Of a stretch of DNA of 64,000 nucleotides, positions 56,076 to 64,000 are shown one piece after another; positions within the stretch are counted from its first letter, which is position 1; every line of letters begins with the position of its first letter. The notes beneath the pieces are model-generated. The model made no database searches. It was given only the letters and a program-made list of their open reading frames with translations, and was not told the DNA's origin. This DNA is from an uncultured Gammaproteobacteria bacterium (GTDB taxonomy: Bacteria > Patescibacteriota > Patescibacteriia > Patescibacteriales > GWC2-42-12): assembly GCA_964526325.1 (NCBI GenBank), contig CAZGKM010000002.1, positions 14,725 through 78,724 of the forward strand, in the 5' to 3' direction. The position numbers were made by a program, and so were the translations under genes.

Positions 56076-57038
56076 ATGAATAATACTACTAGCGATGTAA
56101 AAAAAATCCTACTGACCAGTTTAATATTTTATATAATATTCCCTGCTTTTGCCTTAGGCGATGCCACGCTAACCGGCAGAATATTGCTGCAAATAGAAGA
56201 AAAAGGCCAGGCCTGGTATGTTCACCCGGAAAATAAAACCAGATATTACCTCGGAACGCCGACCGACGCTTTTAATCTAATGCAAAAATTAAGCGTTGGT
56301 ATCAGCGATAAAGATTTGGAAAAAATACCGATCGGCATTTCGGTTAGCAATTATACCGACAGCGATGCCGACGGCATCTATGATAGCTTAGAAAACGCTA
56401 TCGGCACAAATAAGCAAAACAAAGACACTGATAATGATGGCTATGGAGATAAAGAAGAATTGGATAATGGATATAATCCGCTTAATGGCGGAAAACAACC
56501 TATTGATAAAAAATTTACTCAAAAAAATTCCGGAAAAATATTTTTGCAGGTGGAAAAAAATGGCGAAGCTTGGTATGTCGAGCCCATGACTCAAAAGCGA
56601 TATTTTTTAGGACGGCCGAACGATGCCTTTCAAATAATGAAAAACTTCGGTCTAGGTATTACCAACGCTGATTTACAAAAAATTCCGATTAGTATTTTAT
56701 TAATTACTAAAATTCAAAATACGGATAATCCTGCGCCCGTTACAACTACCGGAGATATTATGCAATTGGCGGCAGCGGCTATAAGAAAAATTGATATAGA
56801 ACAAACGTTGTTATATTTTACGCCAAATATGCATAAATCAATTACATATTCTCTACAAAATATGAGAAAAGAAGATTTGCTTATACTGGCCAATATACTT
56901 TCCGGCAGCGTCCTGCAATCGTCTACTGAAATTAAAAAAACTTATTTTAACGAAGTATACTTCCGAGACGAAAAACACCAACTTTATTTTTATGTCGAGA
57001 AACAGCCTGATGGCAATTGGTTAATAACGAACTTATAG
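56076..57038 (+). CDS. secreted protein with internally duplicated domain and TSP3-like Ca-binding repeats
   Basis: Signal peptide present. Repeats GRILLQIEEKGQAWYVHPENKTRYYLGTPTDAFNLMQKLSVGISDKDLEKIP and GKIFLQVEKNGEAWYVEPMTQKRYFLGRPNDAFQIMKNFGLGITNADLQKIP are separated by DSDADGIYD…DTDNDGYGDKEE. Confidence 0.45.
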   Translation: MNNTTSDVKKILLTSLIFYIIFPAFALGDATLTGRILLQIEEKGQAWYVHPENKTRYYLGTPTDAFNLMQKLSVGISDKDLEKIPIGISVSNYTDSDADGIYDSLENAIGTNKQNKDTDNDGYGDKEELDNGYNPLNGGKQPIDKKFTQKNSGKIFLQVEKNGEAWYVEPMTQKRYFLGRPNDAFQIMKNFGLGITNADLQKIPISILLITKIQNTDNPAPVTTTGDIMQLAAAAIRKIDIEQTLLYFTPNMHKSITYSLQNMRKEDLLILANILSGSVLQSSTEIKKTYFNEVYFRDEKHQLYFYVEKQPDGNWLITNL

Positions 57039-57153
57039 TACCTGCTATTTCGAGGAGCCTACCAGTAGGCAGTCAGGCGCTTACGACGAAATAGTTTCAT
57101 AAACGTAAACAAAAAACACACTTACATTAAGCTAAGCGTGTTTTTATTTTTCT

Positions 57154-57576
57154 TTATTTAGCCGTCAATAAAATTATGCTTACCGTCCCCAAAATCATGC
57201 CGGCTAAAACCGTCGGACTGACGGCTTCTTTAAAAATAAAAATTCCGGCCAGCGCGCCGACTATAAGGCTGCCGATTCCGTAAACCGGCATAGCTACGGA
57301 TAAGGGCGCGCCTAATTTAATGGTATAAAAGAAAAAAATAGTTCCGGCGGCGAGTAAAACGCCCATTAAACCGGAAATACAATAACCTCTAACCGAAGAA
57401 TTCAATCCTCCGCTATAAAAAGCATAAATTAAAAAAGGAATGGCTATGAATAATTGGCCCAGCGAGATAATAAATAACGCTAAAAAATAATTTATTTCAT
57501 TACCTATTAATTTAAAAAAAACATCGTAAGAAGTCCAGGCCAAAGTCGCCAATATTAAAAACAACAGCCAAAGCAT
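57154..57576 (-). CDS. small DMT-superfamily (EamA/SMR-like) 4-TM transporter
   Basis: 140 aa with four TM helices and EamA-like half-transporter topology. Confidence 0.45.
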   Translation of the reverse strand: MLWLLFLILATLAWTSYDVFFKLIGNEINYFLALFIISLGQLFIAIPFLIYAFYSGGLNSSVRGYCISGLMGVLLAAGTIFFFYTIKLGAPLSVAMPVYGIGSLIVGALAGIFIFKEAVSPTVLAGMILGTVSIILLTAK

Positions 57577-57586
57577 AATTTTATTT

Positions 57587-60067
57587 TTATTGAATTACAA
57601 TATTTATCAGCTTCCCTTTAACAAAAATTATTTTTATCACTTCTTTGCCTTTAAGCCATTTTTTAATTTTTTCGCTTGCTAAAGCGATTTTTTTTGCTTC
57701 ATTTTCACTAATGTCGGAGGAAACTTCAATCATATCGCGCACCTTGCCGTTAATTTGAATCACTAAATTTATGGTTTCGTCTTTAACCAGCGCCGGATCA
57801 TACTCTGGCCATTTTTCTTTAAAAATACTTTGTTTATGCCCTAGACCGGTCCAGAGCTCTTCGGTTAAATGCGGCGCGAACGGACTTAAAATAATCAAAA
57901 ATTTTTCCGCAGCCACCCGGGGCATGGTTTTAAACTTATCGACAAAATTGATGAAAATCATCATCTGCGAAATCGCCGTATTAAAGCGCAAATTATCTAT
58001 ATCTTCGCCGACTTTCTTAATAGTTTTATGAAGTAGCTGCGGCAGGCCTGATTCTTTCATCTGGCAGTTGCCCCCGCAATCAATAAATTTTTTGCCTTGG
58101 TATAAATTCCAAGTTTTTTCCAAAAACCTAACCTGGCCGATTATGCCTTTGGTATTCCACGGCTTCATGTCTTCAAGCGGCCCCATAAACATCTCAAACA
58201 AGCGCAACGCGTCAGCGCCGTATTGTTTTACCACGTCATCAGGATTAACCACATTGCCCAAAGATTTGGACATCTTGCGGCCGTCTTCGGCTAAAATTAT
58301 GCCCTGATGCCTTAATTTTTTAAACGGCTCGTCAAAATCAATATAACCTAAATTATGCAAAACTTTGGTAAAAAATCGGGAATAAAGCAAATGTAAAACC
58401 GTATGCTCGGCTCCGCCGACATATAAATCAACCGGCAGATATTTTTTTATCATGGCTTTGTCCGCAAATTCTTTTTCGTTATTCGGGTCACTGAAGCGGA
58501 AATAATACCATGATGAGCAGACGAAAGTATCCATGGTATCCGCTTCCCGCCTGGCCGGTTCGCCGCACTTCGGGCATTTTACATCATGGAATTTCTTGGA
58601 TTTCATTAAAGGCGACTCGCCGGTCGGCATAAAATCAACGTCGGTCGGAAGTTCTACCGGCAAATCTTTTTCCGGTACCGGCCATTCGCCTTGTCCGCCG
58701 AAGCCTTGGCGAAGGCGGGCGCATTTAGCGCAATAAATTATCGGTATCGGCGCGCCCCAATAGCGCTGGCGCGATACCAGCCAATCGCGGATTTTATAAT
58801 TTACTTTTTTACAACCGATTTTCTTCTCTTCAAGCCATTCGGTAATTTTCTCTCTCGCTTCTTCCGAAGTTAATCCGTTATACTCGCCGGAATTCAATAA
58901 TATGCCGTCGTCAGTAAACGATTCTTTTTCGATAGAAGATTTGCCGTCAATACTCTTAATAACTTCGCGAATCTCAAGATTATATTTTTTGGCGAATTCA
59001 AAATCACGCTCGTCATGCGCCGGCACAGCCATGACCGCTCCTGTGCCGTAATGGGCTAAAATATAATCGCCAACAAAAAGCGGTATGGTCTGATTATTAA
59101 ACGGATTGATTAATTCCACGCCTTCAAGCTTAACTCCGGTTTTTTCTCTTGTCTCTGCCATTCTTTGTAATTCGGTTTTTTTCTTTGATTCTGCAATATA
59201 TTCGCTAACTTCAGATAAATTTTTAATATCACTTTTTAACTTTTCCATGGCCGGATGTTCCGGAGCCATAACCGCGTAAGTCATGCCAAAAACCGTATCT
59301 ATGCGAGTAGTATAAAATTCTATTGCTAAATCACTGCCTTTTATTTTCATTTTAAACTGCGCGCCGTCCGACCGTCCGATCCAATTTTTCTGCGCCGCCT
59401 TTGTTGATTCCGGCCAGTCAACTTTATCTAAACCGCTAATCAGGCCGGAGGTCTTACCTTTGTCCTCTATAAAATCAGTAATTTTAAAAAACCATTGCTC
59501 CAAATCTTTTTGCCTTACCGGATTTTTACAACGATCGCAAACTCCGCCTTCGGCCTGCTCATTGGCTAAAACCGTTTGGCAATTACCGCACCAATTAACT
59601 TTGGCCTTGCTTTTATAGGCCAAGCCGTTTTTATAAAGCAAAAGAAAAAACCACTGCGTCCATCTATAATAATCCGGGTCGGAAGAATTTACTTCCCTGG
59701 ACCAATCGTAAGAAAAGCCCATCATATTCATCTGCTTGGTAAAATTTTCTATGGCTTTTTTAGTGGTAATTTTAGGATGAGTTTTGGTTTTAACCGCATA
59801 ATTTTCCGCCGGTAAACCGAAAGCGTCCCAGCCTTGTGGATGTAAAACATTCTTGCCTTTCATTCTTAAATAGCGCGAAATAATATCCGTTGCCGTATAG
59901 CTTTCTACGTGGCCGGCGTGCAAACCATTTGAAGACGGATAAGGAAACATGTCTAAAATAAATTGTTTTTCCGCCTGGCTTTTATCATCTGCCTGAAAAA
60001 GATCTGAATGTTTCGCCCAAAATTTTTGCCATTTAGCTTCTATTTTTTTGTGATTATACTTTTCCAT
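57587..60067 (-). CDS. leuS: leucine--tRNA ligase
   Basis: HIGH motif (…NGLHAGHVESYT…), KMSKS motif (KMSKSLGN), and a CP1 editing region. Length 826 aa. Confidence 0.9.
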   Translation of the reverse strand: MEKYNHKKIEAKWQKFWAKHSDLFQADDKSQAEKQFILDMFPYPSSNGLHAGHVESYTATDIISRYLRMKGKNVLHPQGWDAFGLPAENYAVKTKTHPKITTKKAIENFTKQMNMMGFSYDWSREVNSSDPDYYRWTQWFFLLLYKNGLAYKSKAKVNWCGNCQTVLANEQAEGGVCDRCKNPVRQKDLEQWFFKITDFIEDKGKTSGLISGLDKVDWPESTKAAQKNWIGRSDGAQFKMKIKGSDLAIEFYTTRIDTVFGMTYAVMAPEHPAMEKLKSDIKNLSEVSEYIAESKKKTELQRMAETREKTGVKLEGVELINPFNNQTIPLFVGDYILAHYGTGAVMAVPAHDERDFEFAKKYNLEIREVIKSIDGKSSIEKESFTDDGILLNSGEYNGLTSEEAREKITEWLEEKKIGCKKVNYKIRDWLVSRQRYWGAPIPIIYCAKCARLRQGFGGQGEWPVPEKDLPVELPTDVDFMPTGESPLMKSKKFHDVKCPKCGEPARREADTMDTFVCSSWYYFRFSDPNNEKEFADKAMIKKYLPVDLYVGGAEHTVLHLLYSRFFTKVLHNLGYIDFDEPFKKLRHQGIILAEDGRKMSKSLGNVVNPDDVVKQYGADALRLFEMFMGPLEDMKPWNTKGIIGQVRFLEKTWNLYQGKKFIDCGGNCQMKESGLPQLLHKTIKKVGEDIDNLRFNTAISQMMIFINFVDKFKTMPRVAAEKFLIILSPFAPHLTEELWTGLGHKQSIFKEKWPEYDPALVKDETINLVIQINGKVRDMIEVSSDISENEAKKIALASEKIKKWLKGKEVIKIIFVKGKLINIVIQ

Positions 60068-60210
60068 AATTTACCCCAACATTATTAATTTTTTATAATT
60101 TTTATCCTTAATCAATGCTTATTACTGTTTATAAACAACCTATTAATATTAATTTATGATGTAAGGGGTGCGTTTATTTTATACTAAAATTGGCGAAAAG
60201 GCAAGTAAAA

Positions 60211-60654
60211 CTACTTTTTATAAATCAGCCAATTTTTTTTGTCTTTCAACCTGACTAAAACATACTCGCCTTTTAATTTTTTACCGGCCAGATTAAATTT
60301 CATACTGCCATGCTCTAGACTTCCGTCAAGCGCTTGCCATTTGCCTTTGTCATAAATTTCTACCGTACCGGCGCCGTATTCGCCTTTAGGTATGCAGCCG
60401 GAAAAATTTATGTAATCAACCGGATGATCTTCAACTTCAATCGCCAATCTTTTAACGCCTATTTTTTCCGGCACGCCTTTAGGCACGGCCCAAGATTTTA
60501 AAACACCTTGCCGTTCTAAACGAAAATCATAATGCAAATGGCTGGCTTGATGCTTTTGCACCACAAAACGCGACAAGCCCTGATTTTTTACCGCACCTTT
60601 AGGCTCGGGTGTTACGGAAAATTTTCTTTTGGCTTGATATTTTTCTAAAGCCAT
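60211..60654 (-). CDS. LigD 3'-phosphoesterase-like domain protein (standalone)
   Basis: …FVVQKHQASHLHYDFRLERQGVLKSWAVPKG… matches the LigD-PE / DNA ligase D polymerase-ligase N-terminal domain family. Confidence 0.55.
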   Translation of the reverse strand: MALEKYQAKRKFSVTPEPKGAVKNQGLSRFVVQKHQASHLHYDFRLERQGVLKSWAVPKGVPEKIGVKRLAIEVEDHPVDYINFSGCIPKGEYGAGTVEIYDKGKWQALDGSLEHGSMKFNLAGKKLKGEYVLVRLKDKKNWLIYKK

Positions 60655-60737
60655 ATATTTTTACAAAAGCAGGCTTAATCCGGAAAAAGGACTAAGCCTG
60701 TTTTAAATATAAACGGAGATTAACCGTTTTCGCGGTT

Positions 60738-61352
60738 TTACTTTTTGCCGTTGCCGTTTTGTATTTCATCTTTAATCATCGGAGCAAACACATCTTTATG
60801 AAAATTAAAATCGCAAAAAACCGCCACGGCAATGACGGTAGTCCATAAACCGTCTTTGTTGCCTTCGGCCGATTGGCAAAAATGCGTGGTCTTAAAAATA
60901 TTGCCGCTGGAAATATAAATCTGCTTTCTTTCGTCCCAGGCCTTATCCGGATCAAACTCAATGCCTAAAGTCGTAGCAAGCATGGTTGCGGCCAAATCTT
61001 CGGCGTATTCTCCGGTCTTTTTGGCAACTTCGCCGAAAGAATGGTGCTCCGACAAATAACCATAATTATTTCCATCACTCGGCTTGGCTAAACCAATAGC
61101 GGCCGAAACCAAACGATTAGGCTCGTTAGTCTCGCTTCTGGCCATTACGCAAAAAACTATTTGGCCTGGATAAAGCATTTTTTCTCCTTTTTCTTTGGAA
61201 ATAATCTGGCAATTAGGCGGTAGAATACTGGAAACTGTCACTAAATTGCATTTTTCAATGCCGGCATTTCTTAAAGCTCGCTCAAAAGAAGCCAGTTTGT
61301 CTTTATGGACGCCGACTCCTTTAGTAAAAAACATTTTCTTGGGTGTAAACAT
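60738..61352 (-). CDS. pyruvoyl-dependent arginine decarboxylase (PvlArgDC family)
   Basis: About 200 aa. The …[10 protein letters not shown]… Ser-Ser self-cleavage site context and overall layout resemble archaeal-type PdaD. Confidence 0.5.
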   Translation of the reverse strand: MFTPKKMFFTKGVGVHKDKLASFERALRNAGIEKCNLVTVSSILPPNCQIISKEKGEKMLYPGQIVFCVMARSETNEPNRLVSAAIGLAKPSDGNNYGYLSEHHSFGEVAKKTGEYAEDLAATMLATTLGIEFDPDKAWDERKQIYISSGNIFKTTHFCQSAEGNKDGLWTTVIAVAVFCDFNFHKDVFAPMIKDEIQNGNGKK

Positions 61353-61834
61353 ACTTTTTTTCTTCTGTTGTTAAAAATTAAGTAAACTCCGTTAAATCTG
61401 CATCGCTTATTAGTACCTTTAGGCCACTAACTGCGATTGATTTATAGCCACCTATTTCATTAGAGACTTTATTTAACGAGGTAAAAAATAAAACGCCTGA
61501 CAGCGTGATTTAATTATACAACTTTCCAGTTATTTTGCAATAATAATTTTTTGAAGTTTTTTTACCGTGGATCCGCTTACTTTCATGCATTTTCTTTTTC
61601 TTTTTTCGCGTATTTTTAGCTGTTTTTCTATATCCAGCTCAAGTTTATCTAAATTTTGTTTATTCGTCCCGTTAGAAGTTATCATAAATTATATTATTGT
61701 ATATAAATAAAACATAATCAAGGGTAGCCAAAGTGCGATGGTAAATGTTATAATATTTATATCCATGAAATCACTGATTGTATCGCCTGCCAATAAGCCT
61801 TACTATATAATAAAACTATTTTTCATATTATTCA

Positions 61835-62512
61835 ATGGATTCATTTAAAAAACCTTGGTTTAAAACCTGGTGGGGCGTTGGCTTAACAATTCTCGCAACT
61901 GTAACTTTAATTTTAATAACGGCAGTCGGTTTTTATTTTTTTGCCAGTCTAAAAAAATCAAAATCAGAATTAAGCCAAGCCGATATAAAATTAAACGGAC
62001 AAAAATACCAAGCCGCGGATAATGATCACTACTGGCTAGGCTCGGCTAAAGCAAATATAACCATAGTGGAATTTGGCGATTTCTCTTGTCCATACTGTAA
62101 AAAAGCTTTTTCCACTATCAGAGAAATTAGCTTAAAATATAAAAATGATATAAAATACATTTGGCGGGATTACCCGGTCGTGCATGAATATTCGGCTACT
62201 CTGGCGTTAGCCGCCAGATGCGCCGGCGAACAAGGTTTATTCTGGCCTATGCATGATAAATTATTTCAAAATCAAAGTATTAATACAGCTGATCAGCTCA
62301 TAGCCGTGGCTAACCAAATTGGCGCAGACATAACAAGATTTAACGACTGCCTTAACAAGCAAAAATATCTGCCGCAAATTCAAAAAGATTTGAATGACGG
62401 CCAAAAATTCGGCATTACCGGCACGCCAACCTATTTTATCAACGGTTACAAAATTGAAGGCGATATTCCATATGATTTTTTTGTAAAAATTATTGAGGAA
62501 CTAAAAAAATAA
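61835..62512 (+). CDS. DsbA-family thiol:disulfide oxidoreductase with N-terminal membrane anchor
   Basis: CPYC active site within a thioredoxin fold (…EFGDFSCPYCKKAF…). A TM helix follows the N-terminus. Confidence 0.7.
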   Translation: MDSFKKPWFKTWWGVGLTILATVTLILITAVGFYFFASLKKSKSELSQADIKLNGQKYQAADNDHYWLGSAKANITIVEFGDFSCPYCKKAFSTIREISLKYKNDIKYIWRDYPVVHEYSATLALAARCAGEQGLFWPMHDKLFQNQSINTADQLIAVANQIGADITRFNDCLNKQKYLPQIQKDLNDGQKFGITGTPTYFINGYKIEGDIPYDFFVKIIEELKK

Positions 62513-62515
62513 CAT

Positions 62516-62563
62516 CTTTTGTCATTCCGGCGAAGGCCTGCCGGCAGGCAGTTTGAGGATGAC
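62516..62563. promoter_or_regulatory. related palindromic leader element, copy F (tttgtcattccggc-gaaggcctgccggcaggcag-…gatgacaaa) upstream of porG
   Basis: Shares TTTTGTCATTCCGGC with copy D and contains the GCCTGCCGGCAGGC palindrome. It ends 11 nt before the porG ATG. Confidence 0.5.
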
Positions 62564-62574
62564 AAATAAAAAAT

Positions 62575-63120
62575 ATGATACAAATCAGAATTCACGGCCG
62601 CGGCGGCCAGGGCGTAGTAACTGCCGCGGAATTAATCGCGATTGCCGCTTTCAAAAACGGAAAGCAAGCCCAAGCTTTTCCTTCTTTTGGAGTAGAAAGA
62701 ACCGGCGCTCCGGTAGAGTCATATGTTAGAATTGACGACCAGCCGATTATTTTAAGAGAACAAATTAGCAAGCCGGATATCTTAATCATTCAAGATGCCA
62801 CCTTGCTTGAAAGCAATGACTTAGCTAAAGGCGCTGATAAAAAAACTATTGCCATTATTAACACGGCAAAAACTAAACAGAGCTTAAAGATAAGCCTGGC
62901 TCAAGCCAATATTTATACGATTGATGCCACTAAAATCGCCTTGGAAATAATCGGTAAAAATATCGTTAATACTGTTATTTTGGGCGCTTTTGCCAAAATA
63001 AGCGGTCTAGTTGATTTAGTTTCGCTTAAACAGGCGATTGAAGAAAAATTTTCCGGCAATCAAAATTTAATCGATAAAAATATAAAAGCCATAGAACAAG
63101 CTTACCGGAATAATTTTTAA
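62575..63120 (+). CDS. porG: pyruvate/2-oxoacid:ferredoxin oxidoreductase gamma subunit
   Basis: MIQIRIHGRGGQGVVTAAELIAIAAF… is the classic POR_N gamma-subunit start. Confidence 0.75.
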   Translation: MIQIRIHGRGGQGVVTAAELIAIAAFKNGKQAQAFPSFGVERTGAPVESYVRIDDQPIILREQISKPDILIIQDATLLESNDLAKGADKKTIAIINTAKTKQSLKISLAQANIYTIDATKIALEIIGKNIVNTVILGAFAKISGLVDLVSLKQAIEEKFSGNQNLIDKNIKAIEQAYRNNF

Positions 63121-63141
63121 TAATTAAACTTAAAACTACAT

Positions 63142-63399
63142 ATGGAAATTGTTTCTAAACCCAACACCTCAAATATCAATAAAACCGGTTCTTGGCGCAC
63201 AAACCGGCCGAAATTTATATATGAAAAATGTACTGCTTGCGGAACTTGCGCGCGCGTTTGTCCGGAAGGTATAATTGAAAAATTTACGGATAAAACTAAG
63301 CCTTATTATAATTGTGACCTTAATTTTTGCAAAGGCTGCGGACTGTGCGCCCAAGAGTGCCCGTTCAAAGCCATAGAGATGGAATTAGACGAAAAATAA
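63142..63399 (+). CDS. porD: PFOR delta subunit, 2x[4Fe-4S] ferredoxin
   Basis: Two CxxCxxCxxxCP motifs (CTACGTCARVCP and CKGCGLCAQECP). Confidence 0.75.
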   Translation: MEIVSKPNTSNINKTGSWRTNRPKFIYEKCTACGTCARVCPEGIIEKFTDKTKPYYNCDLNFCKGCGLCAQECPFKAIEMELDEK

Positions 63400-63542
63400 A
63401 AATCTTTGAAAACTTTTTCAAAAAAAGTTTTCTCCCACAAGGGGATGATAAATACTTTCAAAAATTATATCGTATCAAATAAAATTTTATAGCGAGCAAA
63501 CTCTACGGCCATAAAATTTTATTTGATTATGAATCTATTATT

Positions 63543-64000
63543 ATGAATAATAAACAGCAGATTCTTGAGGGTTCGCGCGCTATTGCTCTAACCGTTAAAA
63601 ACATCCAACCAGCGGTAATCTCCGCCTACCCGATTACCCCGCAAACCCATATAGTTGAAGATTTAGCTAAATTTAAAGCCGACGGCGAGGCTAATTATGA
63701 ATACGTGCGCGCCGAATCCGAATTCGCGGCCGCTTCTATCGTGGCCGGAGCCAGCGCCGCCGGCGTACGCGCTTATAGCGCCACTAGCTCGCAAGGGCTT
63801 CTCTTAATGGCTGAGGTAATTTATAATATCGCCGGTATGCATTTGCCCGTAGTTATAACTTGCGCCAACCGCGCTATAAGCGCGCCCATCAATATTTGGA
63901 ACGACCAGCAGGACGTTATGGCGATCCGGGACGCGGGCTGGATTTTACTTTTCGCGGAAAACCACCAAGAGGCGGTTAATCAGCATATTATGGCTTTTAA
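63543..64000 (+). CDS. porA: PFOR alpha subunit, N-terminal part (runs off window end)
   Basis: ATG at 63543 gives MNNKQQILEGSRAIALTVKNIQPAVISAYPITPQTHIVEDLA…SSQGLLLMAEV…, the POR alpha N-terminus. No stop occurs before the window end. Confidence 0.7.
   Translation, partial: MNNKQQILEGSRAIALTVKNIQPAVISAYPITPQTHIVEDLAKFKADGEANYEYVRAESEFAAASIVAGASAAGVRAYSATSSQGLLLMAEVIYNIAGMHLPVVITCANRAISAPINIWNDQQDVMAIRDAGWILLFAENHQEAVNQHIMAF

Noticed and set aside
61530-61685. 51-codon minus-strand ORF (MITSNGTNKQNLDKLELDIEKQLKIREKRKRKCMKVSGST…) in the argDC-dsbA gap
   Set aside because: It is below the ORF-track threshold, has no SD and I recognise no family. I mention it only as a possible small protein.

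Overview
This is an AT-rich bacterial fragment of about 62 protein-coding genes. I found no rRNA, tRNA or CRISPR arrays by eye. The gene content suggests a reduced Patescibacteria/CPR-like (Parcubacteria-type) genome: compact housekeeping genes, short aminoacyl-tRNA synthetases, giant cysteine-rich surface proteins and almost no biosynthetic genes. The lineage call is inference.

Housekeeping genes:
- F-type ATP synthase operon on the minus strand, in the order atpI-like, atpB, atpE, atpF, atpH, atpA (partial).
- TatD, TsaC, a PNP/MTAP-family phosphorylase, CvpA, MetRS, a GxxExxY protein, RsmI, and YbeY followed by DgkA.
- A short Rel/SpoT homolog, YqeY, S21, HisRS, LepB, an LCP-family protein, Der, Pth, DprA and TopA.
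- A two-component pair: sensor histidine kinase plus a tandem-REC protein.
- KsgA, LeuRS, a LigD-PE-like protein, pyruvoyl-type arginine decarboxylase, DsbA, and PFOR gamma, delta and alpha (partial).

Three accessory regions stand out:
1. A roughly 10 kb minus-strand cluster (6129-15997). It encodes five divergent paralogs that all end in a PEP-utilising-enzyme phosphohistidine swivel domain, one standalone PPDK_N-type ATP-grasp nucleotide-binding domain protein, two histidine-phosphatase (RHG-motif) proteins and a SAM methyltransferase. This looks like a split, multi-paralog rifampin-phosphotransferase / PEP-synthase-like dikinase system and is the most likely undescribed system in the window.
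2. A surface-protein operon (22364-31457). It contains a 1781-aa cysteine-rich protein with C-terminal FN3 domains and a 588-aa paralog. Both begin with the same VirB2/TrbC-like double-transmembrane module. Two calcium-binding-repeat (TSP3-like) membrane proteins sit next to them.
3. A putative defense island (33085-39402). It has a divergent XRE-HTH plus ImmA/IrrE metallopeptidase pair with a perfect operator palindrome controlling a PD-(D/E)xK-like gene, next to an MmeI-type Type IIG restriction-modification enzyme that is co-operonic with a J-domain protein.

Several intergenic repeat families are also present: TTTGTCATT/AATGACAAA palindromic elements just upstream of start codons, GCCTGCCGGCAGGC GC-rich palindromes, and GAAAATT-type repeats in the atp operon.
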